Source: Pyrodictium delaneyi (lineage in GTDB: Archaea > Thermoproteota > Thermoprotei_A > Sulfolobales > Pyrodictiaceae). From it: a stretch of DNA of 32,000 nt. The DNA lies in the NCBI RefSeq assembly GCF_001412615.1, contig NZ_CP013011.1:420001-452000 (forward strand), in the 5' to 3' direction. Made by a program: the position numbers and the translations under genes. Of the stretch, positions 7,801 through 16,079 are shown piece by piece (position 1 is the first letter of the stretch; every line of letters starts with the position of its first letter). Under the pieces are notes generated by a model. That model did no database searches. It was not told the origin of the DNA and worked only from the letters and a program-made list of their open reading frames with translations.

Positions 7801-8982
7801 CTAGGGCTGTAGAGAGTAGATCATCACGTAAGCATAGTGCCCCGTGCCACCTACGTTATTGGCTACAGCCATGCCGTTCTTTACTGGTACTTGGCGGCCC
7901 TTGTCAGCCTCGCCGCGCAGCTGCTTGGTCAGCTCAACCGCCATGCCTACGCCCGTGGCGCCTAGCGGGTGACCCTTAGCCTTGAGGCCGCCGCTCACGT
8001 TTACCGGTATGAGGCCACCAATGTATGTCTGGCCCTCGCGTATCAGCTTGTAGCCCTCGCCAGGCTTGGCAAAGCCTAGTTCCTCGTATGTCAGTATCTC
8101 AGCTATAGTGAACGCGTCATGTACCTCCGCGGCGTCGAGGTAACGTGCCGGGTTCTCTGGGTCAATGCCCGCTTTCTTGTAGGCCATCCTGGCTGCCTCC
8201 ATTACGCCACGGCGTAGGAGGAAGTCCGGCCTCCTACTGATATTGGAAGTGTCGGAGGCGGTGCCTATCGCTTTTATCCAGACGGGAGTATCGGTGAGCT
8301 TACGGGCTATCTCCTCGCTAGCAAGTATGACCGCAGCTGATCCGTCTGTTATGGGGCTACAGTCGAAGAGCTTGAGAGGCCAGGCTATGTAGCGTGACTG
8401 CATACACTGTTCAAGCGTTATCTGGCGAGGGAAGTGCGCCTTGGGGTTCATGCTGGCGTAGTAGTGGTTCTTGACCGCAACCTTGCAGAGATCCTCCTCA
8501 GTGGCGCCATAGCGGGCCATGTAGGCTGTAGCATAGAGTGCATAGTAGCCGGGGAAGGTTAGCCCGAAATTCTCGAACTCCCAGAAGTAGTTGCCTGCAC
8601 GACCTATCAGTTCGACTACGGTGGGCGTAGGAGACTCGTTCATCTTCTCAACGCCAACTACAAGGACTATGTCAGCTTCACCACTGGCCACTATATCATG
8701 GCCAAGCTTTATTGCTGCACTCCCAGTAGCACACGCTGCCTCTACTCTGACCGTGCCACGGGGTGTAAGACCTGCATATTCGTTGATGACAACTGCGGGA
8801 AGCGGTTCGCTACTCCAAACACCCACATTCCCATAGACTACATAATCTATATCCTCCTGGCCTATACCAGCGTCATTCAATGCTTGTTTGATGCTCTCCC
8901 ATGCTAGTTCTGCAAGGCTTACATCATTGCGGTACCCATACTTAGAGTGCCCCACACCAACTATAGCTACTCGACGGCCCAA
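7801..8982 (-). CDS. Thiolase (SCPx/archaeal-type acetyl-CoA C-acyltransferase)
   Basis: Active-site Cys context VEAACATGSAA, C-terminal GHPLGATG and NNVGGTG. The start is TTG. Confidence 0.93.
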   Translation of the reverse strand: MGRRVAIVGVGHSKYGYRNDVSLAELAWESIKQALNDAGIGQEDIDYVVYGNVGVWSSEPLPAVVINEYAGLTPRGTVRVEAACATGSAAIKLGHDIVASGEADIVLVVGVEKMNESPTPTVVELIGRAGNYFWEFENFGLTFPGYYALYATAYMARYGATEEDLCKVAVKNHYYASMNPKAHFPRQITLEQCMQSRYIAWPLKLFDCSPITDGSAAVILASEEIARKLTDTPVWIKAIGTASDTSNISRRPDFLLRRGVMEAARMAYKKAGIDPENPARYLDAAEVHDAFTIAEILTYEELGFAKPGEGYKLIREGQTYIGGLIPVNVSGGLKAKGHPLGATGVGMAVELTKQLRGEADKGRQVPVKNGMAVANNVGGTGHYAYVMIYSLQP

Positions 8983-9195
8983 GAGGAATCCACACCCGAC
9001 TCCACTTATGGGGCCAATACATGATACGTCAGAGCAGACATGTCAAAGGCTTAGCCGGGCACCACACCTATTCCACACCGTATTAAGCCTAGCCCCTTGA
9101 TCAACGGAATCGATCGTGACGAAAGCTTCAATCAACAATCCTAACTCTTTATTTACTTCAACACACATATGAACCATTCACGGAGGCTAGAGAAC

Positions 9196-9534
9196 ATGGA
9201 CTTTGAACTTCTACGCAAAACATTCCTGGAGGTAGTTGAGAAAGCAAAAGCAAAGATAGGAGACGAGATGAAGACATGGAATCGTGCGTTCCAATTCATA
9301 CTAGACGATGGCACTGAGTTCTACGTGGAGATCAAGAATGGAGAGGTTACAGTACAACAAGGTCGTCATCCTTCCCCCGTAGCTACGCTCTCAACAGACT
9401 CTAATACACTGGAGAAAATCCTTCAGGGAGAACTCGACGCAATGGCAGCATTCATACGGGGCAAAATGAAGATCACTGGCAACGTCCTCGAGACAATTAA
9501 ACTCCGTAAAATACTAGAAGCAGCAAAAGACTAG
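9196..9534 (+). CDS. SCP2 (sterol carrier protein 2) domain protein
   Basis: Contains LSTDSNTLEKILQGELDAMAAFIRGKMKITGNVLETIKL, a typical SCP2 C-terminal pattern. The ATG at 9196 is preceded by GGAGG 9 nt upstream. An alternative ATG lies at 9169. Confidence 0.8.
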   Translation: MDFELLRKTFLEVVEKAKAKIGDEMKTWNRAFQFILDDGTEFYVEIKNGEVTVQQGRHPSPVATLSTDSNTLEKILQGELDAMAAFIRGKMKITGNVLETIKLRKILEAAKD

Positions 9535-9663
9535 ATACACAGATACCACAGCTATAATATATTCTGAATCAAGCCACCTACACAAATCAACTCAAACTAC
9601 GATTTATTTACACTATCTAATCTAGATTCATATATTTAGACCTAGTATTGCGATTCCATAAGT

Positions 9664-9689
9664 CTAGCATGTTAAGTTCTACATGCTAG
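9664..9689. promoter_or_regulatory. Inverted repeat CTAGCATG-N10-CATGCTAG in the AT-rich spacer upstream of the acyl-CoA synthetase gene
   Basis: An 8-bp perfect inverted repeat read directly from the sequence. Function unknown (operator or RNA hairpin). Confidence 0.3.
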
Positions 9690-9911
9690 TATAGTTCTTC
9701 CACATAATATTTTTGGATATTAATCAGCATTATTATCACGAAAACCGCGTTTAATATTATCTTATGTGGGCAAAATTAAATATTTTGTTGGCTTGTTCCC
9801 ACTACCGGGGTACTCAAAATATCCCGCAAGTCTTTTTGATATAGTTTTATATGATTCTAACGTCATCACGATGAATATCCAAGCTTTGTATATCAGAAAT
9901 GGGTGTTTGCA

Positions 9912-11717
9912 ATGGCCGCTTCAGCCCGTGAACCGGGGCCGAGAGAGCTCACTCGTCAACTCCCCTCGAGCGAGGAAGTCTTTAGGACGTTTATAGAGCC
10001 ACGGATATGGACACGCTTCTACGACGAGTTTGTGCCTCGCGAGATAAAGATCCCAGAAGTACCGCTCTTCAAGCTCCTCGACGATTCAGCTACGAGATTC
10101 CCCAAACGGTCTGCATTCATCTTCTTCGGCCGACGTGTATCATACGAAGAGTTTCTACGTTCAGCCAATAGTTTTGCACGAGCCCTACGCGAAAACTGGG
10201 GGATAGACCGAGGCGATAGAATCGCCCTCTTCCTTCCGAATTCTCCTCAGTTTGCCATAGCTTTCTACGGTGCTCTAAAAGCTGGAGCTACGGTTACTCC
10301 CGTTAACCCGCTATACACCGGCTTCGAGCTAGCACGGCAGATACGAAAGAGTAATGCTAGGATCCTCGTAGCACTCGATATGTTCAAGGACAAGGTAGAG
10401 GAGGCCATAAGCGAGCACGGGGCAAAGCTGGATGCAGTTATCTATACTGGGATAGACGACTATCTGCCAGGTATTCTAGCGATACTCTACCGGCTCAAAG
10501 AGAGGAAACCGAAGATACGTTATGACGGTAAGAAAACGGTGAAATTCAAAGAGCTCGTCAAAAGCTACGAACCAAACCCACCGAGCGTCAAAATAGACCC
10601 GAAAGAGGACTTAGCAGCCCTAATGTTTACCGGCGGTACTACCGGTGTCCCTAAGGGAACTATGCTAACACACTACAACATTGTAGCTAATGTACACCAG
10701 ATAGATGCGTGGTGGAAGCCCGGCGCCAAAGGAGAGGACATAATGGTTGGTGTGCTCCCCTGGTTCCACATTTATGGCCAGACAGCAGTACTTCATACTG
10801 GTATATTCCGTGCAGCAACTATCCTTGTCTATCCACGGTTTGATCTAGATAGGATACTAAGAGACATAGAGAAGTATAAGCCAAACATATTCCATGGTGT
10901 TCCCACGATATACTCTAAGATAGTGAGTCGCCCAGACATCACGAAGTATAATCTACGGAGTATAGAGGTTTGTATAAGCGGTGCTGGTGCTTTACCAAAA
11001 GCTGTTGCCGAGAAGTTTGAGAAGCTTACCGGCGCCAAGATTCGCGAGGGCTATGGATTAACAGAGACCAGCCCAGTGACACACATAAACCCAATCTACG
11101 GAAAATACAAGATAGGTAGCATAGGCATACCTGTACCCAATACTCTAGCAGCTGTAGCTGACCCGGAGAAGCCGGTTCTCCTCCCACCAGGCCAGATAGG
11201 CGAGATAGTGATCAGTGGCCCTCAAGTGATGAAAGGCTACCTAGACATGGACGAGGAGAACAAGAAGGTGTTCTTCGAGTGTTGTGGCCGCCGCTGGCTA
11301 CGCACAGGCGACATTGGTTACATGGACGAGGAAGGCTTCTTCTTCATAGTCGACAGGAAAAAAGACGTGATAAAGTACAAGGGCTATAGCGTGTACCCGA
11401 GAGAAATAGAAGAGGTACTATACATGCACGACTGTGTCACCGATGCAGCCGTAATAGGTGTACCTCATCCACACGTCGGCGAGAGGATCAAAGCGTTCGT
11501 CACATTAAAGCCCGAGTGCAAAGGCAGGATAAAACCAGAGGACATCATAGAGTTCGCCCGTAAGCATCTAGCACCATACAAGGTGCCCAAAGAGGTAGAG
11601 ATACGTGACGAACTGCCTAAGAGTGCTGTCGGCAAGATACTCCGCCGCATACTACGCGAAGAGGAGCTAAAGAAGCTACAGTCTAGTGAACCACGCCGTA
11701 CTGGAACCAGCCAGTAG
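9912..11717 (+). CDS. Long/medium-chain acyl-CoA synthetase (AMP-forming)
   Basis: AMP-binding motifs MFTGGTTGVPKG, YGLTET and TGDIGYMDEEGFFFIVDRKKDVIKYKG. I chose the ATG at 9912; the ORF track starts at an upstream GTG at 9903. Confidence 0.93.
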   Translation: MAASAREPGPRELTRQLPSSEEVFRTFIEPRIWTRFYDEFVPREIKIPEVPLFKLLDDSATRFPKRSAFIFFGRRVSYEEFLRSANSFARALRENWGIDRGDRIALFLPNSPQFAIAFYGALKAGATVTPVNPLYTGFELARQIRKSNARILVALDMFKDKVEEAISEHGAKLDAVIYTGIDDYLPGILAILYRLKERKPKIRYDGKKTVKFKELVKSYEPNPPSVKIDPKEDLAALMFTGGTTGVPKGTMLTHYNIVANVHQIDAWWKPGAKGEDIMVGVLPWFHIYGQTAVLHTGIFRAATILVYPRFDLDRILRDIEKYKPNIFHGVPTIYSKIVSRPDITKYNLRSIEVCISGAGALPKAVAEKFEKLTGAKIREGYGLTETSPVTHINPIYGKYKIGSIGIPVPNTLAAVADPEKPVLLPPGQIGEIVISGPQVMKGYLDMDEENKKVFFECCGRRWLRTGDIGYMDEEGFFFIVDRKKDVIKYKGYSVYPREIEEVLYMHDCVTDAAVIGVPHPHVGERIKAFVTLKPECKGRIKPEDIIEFARKHLAPYKVPKEVEIRDELPKSAVGKILRRILREEELKKLQSSEPRRTGTSQ

Positions 11718-11993
11718 CCCCACGTCTACACGCTACCTTTCTTCGCTCTACTACATGTCTCAATACTTGCCCAGTACTAGTCCCTGGATACGCCCTTATT
11801 TCCCGGCGTCCCAGCAATCACAGAGATCAATATTCACTTCTCCCTGACATACCTCTATAACTTTATGGCTAGATTTAAACTATCTAATCCTAGTAGCACT
11901 AGAAGCAAGCCACCCTGGTAAATAGCCGAGGACGAGAGCTGAACTAGTGACTTGGGACAGTGGTATTGGGCCAAAAGCGGGAGGACGAGGGTA

Positions 11994-12914
11994 TCAACTG
12001 CCTAGCTTTTCGCGCAGCTTCTTTATCATTACTGGTAGGAACTTGTAGAGGTCTGCAACTACACCGTAGTCGGCGTACTGGAATATTGGGGCGTTCTTGT
12101 CCTTGTTGATAGCGACTATTATCTTGCTATCTAGCGTCGCAGCCATATGTTGCGGCGCGCCAGATATGCCTATCGCTATGTAGAGCTTAGGTCTTATCTT
12201 CTTACCCGATATGCCTATCCACCGGTCCTCCGTGAGCCAGCCATAGTCTGCCGCTATAGGCCTAGAGCCTCCTACTACACCACCGAGCAGCTGGGCTAGC
12301 TCCTCTGCCATGGCTAGGTCTTCTTTCTTGCGGAAGCCGCGGCCGACACCAACTACTACTTCTGCCGTCTCTATGTTTACGGCTTCACGTTTCTTCGGCT
12401 CTACAGCTGTTACCTTCACCTTGGGCTCCGGGGCCTTCACCTCGACAATCTCAGCACCAGTCTCACCTGTATAGCTGTACACACCAACCGGGATAGTGAC
12501 GACAACTGGTAGTTGTGAGGAGATTTTTGCTATAGCACGGCCACCCAATACCTGGCGTTTTACCGTTATCTTATCCTCTGTGAGTTCTACTAAGGTTGCT
12601 TCGGTGAACATAGGTATCTTCTTCTGAGCTGCTAGTCTTGCACCGACATCAGTATTGTTTTTAGCAGCTATTGCAGCGACTATGCTGGGCTGTAGCTCGT
12701 CATAGAGCTTTGCTAGCACCTCTGTTATCTGATCGGGGCTAGGTTGCTCTACGCCAGCAAGGTAGACACGCTTGAATACCTTGAAGCTATGTTTCTTTAC
12801 ATCCTCGACATTCCCGAAGACTAGGGCATAGGCTTCAAGGCCATGCTTCTCAGCGAACCCTGCTAGCTCAGATAGCTGACTAGGTTTCTCCGCATAGAGG
12901 AGTGCACGCACCAT
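11994..12914 (-). CDS. etfA: Electron transfer flavoprotein, alpha subunit
   Basis: C-terminal FAD-binding region GISGAPQHMAATLDSKIIVAINKDKNAPIFQYADYGVVADL. Confidence 0.93.
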   Translation of the reverse strand: MVRALLYAEKPSQLSELAGFAEKHGLEAYALVFGNVEDVKKHSFKVFKRVYLAGVEQPSPDQITEVLAKLYDELQPSIVAAIAAKNNTDVGARLAAQKKIPMFTEATLVELTEDKITVKRQVLGGRAIAKISSQLPVVVTIPVGVYSYTGETGAEIVEVKAPEPKVKVTAVEPKKREAVNIETAEVVVGVGRGFRKKEDLAMAEELAQLLGGVVGGSRPIAADYGWLTEDRWIGISGKKIRPKLYIAIGISGAPQHMAATLDSKIIVAINKDKNAPIFQYADYGVVADLYKFLPVMIKKLREKLGS

Positions 12915-12930
12915 TATAAGTCACCAATCC

Positions 12931-13776
12931 TTAAGCTTTTATAACACCCTCTTTTATGAGGGCGTCTATGAGCTTCTCGGCTATCTCTTCTAGACTCTCG
13001 CCCTCGATTATAACGTTCTTGCGCTGAACCGTCACAACGCGTAGTTCTTCTAGGCTTGGCTTAGCTGGCAGCCCTACACCGAGGTCGGCGAGGCTATACT
13101 TCTTGATAGGCTTGCGGAAGGCACGGCGTATCTGTATGAGCGTTGGTATACGTGGCTTATTTATCTCGCCCGTAACGCTCACCACAGCAGGTGTAGGCGA
13201 TTCTACTGTTTCTAGCCTATCCTCTAGGTCCCGCTTTACCCGGATAACACCGTCAACATACTCTATACTTCTAGCGTAGCTAAGGAACGGTATTCCTAGT
13301 AGGGTTGCTACCCGAGCACCTACTTGTGACGATATCATATCCATCGATGCTTCACCAGTTATGTATAGGTCGAAGTCTCCAAGCTTCGTAAGCAGCGATG
13401 CGAGCACAGCAGCTGTGGTGTTCGGGTCACCAGGTATTAGCGCCTCATCCACGACCACATGCGCCTCGTCGGCACCCATTGCAAGCGTCTCGCGTATGGC
13501 TTGTTCGATTTCACGGCTCCTCTTCGCTAAGGGTCCCCATGTTAGGGCTGAGACGACAACGATCTTTCCACCATACTTGTCGCGGAGCTGTATGGCGGCC
13601 TCCACGGCGTTCTTGTCGTATTCGCTTACAGCTAGGGGTATATTGTCTACGTCTACCTCTCCACTAGTCTTAGACCGCAGCATGTTAGGGTCGAGAGAGG
13701 CTTTGACAAGGACAGCTATATTGAGGGGCAAGGGGCGGTCCGACCTCCATATCCTCTCAATGTTTTGAAACGGCAT
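12931..13776 (-). CDS. etfB: Electron transfer flavoprotein, beta subunit
   Basis: ETF-beta pattern (NIAVLVKASLD..., VVSALTWGP, ITGEASMD). It lies 16 nt upstream of etfA. Confidence 0.9.
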   Translation of the reverse strand: MPFQNIERIWRSDRPLPLNIAVLVKASLDPNMLRSKTSGEVDVDNIPLAVSEYDKNAVEAAIQLRDKYGGKIVVVSALTWGPLAKRSREIEQAIRETLAMGADEAHVVVDEALIPGDPNTTAAVLASLLTKLGDFDLYITGEASMDMISSQVGARVATLLGIPFLSYARSIEYVDGVIRVKRDLEDRLETVESPTPAVVSVTGEINKPRIPTLIQIRRAFRKPIKKYSLADLGVGLPAKPSLEELRVVTVQRKNVIIEGESLEEIAEKLIDALIKEGVIKA

Positions 13777-13861
13777 CTGACCCCATGTATGGGTGGATGA
13801 CGTTCGTTATTGCAGGGTTTCCGTGAACAGAGAGCCCCGAGGACCTAGAGAGTAAAAGGGC

Positions 13862-15991
13862 TTATGTCCCACCCGAAGGGCTAGAATTTTCCTCGCTTAG
13901 GCTCTCAGCAAGCAACTCGGCTATATCCTTCACTTCCATCCCGTAGTCCGGCGCTTCCGCTGCGAGCATCGTGTTACAGAATGGGCACGCTACTGCCAGT
14001 ACCTGAGCCTTAGTAGACGCTGCCTCCTCGACACGGACCCGGCTCATACGCTTACCTATCTTGATGTCATAGAACACGCCGCCGCCACCGCCGCCACAGC
14101 AGAAGCTCCTCCACCGGCTCCTCGGCATCTCTACGACCTTCTCCACCGTGTCTGACAGTACTCTTCTAGGCTCCTCGTAGACGCCATTCCAGCGGCCAAG
14201 GTAGCACGGGTCGTGGTAGGTAGCCTTCACATGCAGCCTGGTTCTAGGCTTCACCTCGCCTTCCTGTAATAGGCGTGCTAGCAGCATTGAGTGATGCACG
14301 ACCTCAACTCTTACGCCGTACCTCGGGTATTCGTGGCGGAACACGTTGAAGCCATGAGGGCATGTTACTAGCAGCTGCTTGAACCGGAAGCGGGATAGCA
14401 GTTCAGCATTCTGCTTCACTAGCTCAACAAACATTAGTTCGTCGCCGATACGGCGTGCTGGCTCGCCACAGCACTGCTGTTCTAACGATACGGCGACCTT
14501 TACTCCCGCGTGTTTTAGTACCTTGAGGAGGGCCTCGATGGTGTCACGCAGCCTTGGGTCGTAGGCTGCCGCGCAGCCGACCCAGAGGAGGTAGTCGTAC
14601 TCCTCGTTCTCTTTTGCCTCTTCGACTAGACCTCTCTCTATGAGGCTGTTTAGCCATTCCTCTTTCTCGACCGGGTTAGCCCCGTATGGGTTACCAGCGC
14701 GCATTAGGTTGTAGCTTACCTGTAGCAGCTCGTCGGGCACATGTTCGCCGCGCGATACCAGACCACGGCGTAGGTCTAGAACTGTCTCGACATGGTGTAT
14801 CAGTACTGGGCAGTTGTATACACACGCGCCACAGGTAGCACAGCTCCACAGAACATCCGGTTCTACGTGCGCTGGTACTAGTTCCTCATTCCATTCCTCC
14901 TGCCTCATAGCCTCCCGAAGCTTCAGCACGAGGTTCATCGGGGAGAGTGGCTTACCGGTAGCTACTGCGGGGCACGCGTTGTGACAGCGTGCACACCGGG
15001 TACAAGCGTCGTAGTCCATTCTTTGCTTCCATGTTGTATCGGCTAGCGTTACTACTCCGAAGGTCTTGCCTTCCTCGACAAGCTTCTCTACATCAGGTAT
15101 TGGTTTGAATGATGCAGGATGCTCTAGCCTCGCATAGAACGTGTTGAAGAATCCACTGACAAGTATGTGGGCTAGCTTTGTGCCCGGTATAGTGGCCAGT
15201 AACAGCACACTAACCGCTAGATGTACAACCTGTGTTACACGGTATAGTGCGAGGAACCTGGCTGGCGTTAGACCCTCTAATACTTGTGACAAGAGTTTAC
15301 CAGAGAAGTCCCACCAGGGTATCCCTGTAACAGATAGGTGGGCAGTAGCAGTCATAGCGTCCAAGACCATGCCGGTAATCACTATTATCGCCAGCCATAG
15401 TAGTACTAGACTGTCCTCCAAGCTGTTGGGGAGCCCTGGCGTGAGTCCTAATGCGCGCCGAATACCGGCCGCCACGGTACCGACTAGTAGTAGTAGGCCG
15501 CCAAAGTTCACAAGCATACGGAATATTGTGAATACTATGCCGCCTGGATATCTTGTGGCGGGAGCATCTATGACATAGATTATCCCAGCTACTGCAAGGA
15601 GCACAGCACCTAGATATATCAACAAGTGTATTGTGCCTCCACGTCTCTCGCGAAGAACACGGGTCTGAAGCAAGCCCACTCTTATGAAATTCCATAGCCT
15701 TGTTGCAATGTTGTTTAGGGGTAGCTGCTGCCCACCACGAGTCCATCTAGCAATATACCGGTTCAATCCATACAAGAAGAGCAGGGAGCCTGGAACTATG
15801 AGGAGCACGCGGAGAAGATCAAGCTCAGCGCCACTTATGACGGGGTAACGGAACGGACCGCCCGGAGTAACGTGGCACGCCATACAGTTTCCACGTAGCT
15901 CCCCAATAGTAGTAGCGGCCGCTTCTACTGGCTGAAACACAGCAATCACAGCAGCTACTAGGAATAGCCACCGGAGCCGCCTCACAGCCAA
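13862..15991 (-). CDS. Membrane-bound Fe-S oxidoreductase (HdrD/GlpC/DsrK-like with a NarI-like TM domain); candidate ETF:quinone oxidoreductase
   Basis: N-terminal signal-like segment, about 5 TM helices, two 4Fe-4S ferredoxin motifs (CTRCARCHNACP, CATCGACVYNCP) and two CCG domains (QQCCGEP, SFCCGGGGGG). It is the first gene of the operon with etfBA. The start is TTG or GTG. Confidence 0.85.
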   Translation of the reverse strand: MAVRRLRWLFLVAAVIAVFQPVEAAATTIGELRGNCMACHVTPGGPFRYPVISGAELDLLRVLLIVPGSLLFLYGLNRYIARWTRGGQQLPLNNIATRLWNFIRVGLLQTRVLRERRGGTIHLLIYLGAVLLAVAGIIYVIDAPATRYPGGIVFTIFRMLVNFGGLLLLVGTVAAGIRRALGLTPGLPNSLEDSLVLLWLAIIVITGMVLDAMTATAHLSVTGIPWWDFSGKLLSQVLEGLTPARFLALYRVTQVVHLAVSVLLLATIPGTKLAHILVSGFFNTFYARLEHPASFKPIPDVEKLVEEGKTFGVVTLADTTWKQRMDYDACTRCARCHNACPAVATGKPLSPMNLVLKLREAMRQEEWNEELVPAHVEPDVLWSCATCGACVYNCPVLIHHVETVLDLRRGLVSRGEHVPDELLQVSYNLMRAGNPYGANPVEKEEWLNSLIERGLVEEAKENEEYDYLLWVGCAAAYDPRLRDTIEALLKVLKHAGVKVAVSLEQQCCGEPARRIGDELMFVELVKQNAELLSRFRFKQLLVTCPHGFNVFRHEYPRYGVRVEVVHHSMLLARLLQEGEVKPRTRLHVKATYHDPCYLGRWNGVYEEPRRVLSDTVEKVVEMPRSRWRSFCCGGGGGGVFYDIKIGKRMSRVRVEEAASTKAQVLAVACPFCNTMLAAEAPDYGMEVKDIAELLAESLSEENSSPSGGT

Positions 15992-16031
15992 GACACCGAT
16001 TTGGACAAACGGAGCGATTACTACTAAGGTG

Positions 16032-16037
16032 TTAAAA
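16032..16037 (-). promoter_or_regulatory. Candidate TATA-like element for the Fe-S oxidoreductase-etfBA operon
   Basis: The minus strand reads TTTTAA about 43 nt upstream of the start at 15991. Confidence 0.2.
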
Positions 16038-16079
16038 GGGTATCTCAGTCTATAGCGAGATCCCTCAAGCCGTCATATA

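Noticed and set aside
9612-9622. 11-mer ACTATCTAATC shared between the spacer upstream of the synthetase (9612-9622) and the spacer downstream of it (11879-11889), each next to GATTTA and CTAG. I considered it as a shared operator or terminal repeat flanking the gene.
   Set aside because: In a 32-kb window, hundreds of 11-mer coincidences are expected by chance, and more in AT-rich DNA. The surrounding similarity is gapped and weak.
9766-9996. 76-aa plus-strand ORF in the AT-rich spacer.
   Set aside because: It runs into the acyl-CoA synthetase gene in a different frame. It has no motif and is most likely a chance ORF in the promoter region.
15141-15746. ORFs 15141-15578 (+) and 15297-15746 (-) inside the Fe-S oxidoreductase gene.
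   Set aside because: They lie antisense or out of frame within a gene that has coherent TM, ferredoxin and CCG motifs. Their translations are low-complexity.
15998-16006. GATTTGGAC at the far edge of the AT-rich islet resembles GATTTGAAC of the tRNA-Ser T-arm (17961-17969) in the same orientation. I considered it as an att-site remnant.
   Set aside because: Only about 10 of 16 positions match when the alignment is extended. That is too short and degenerate to distinguish from chance, and no integrase is present.
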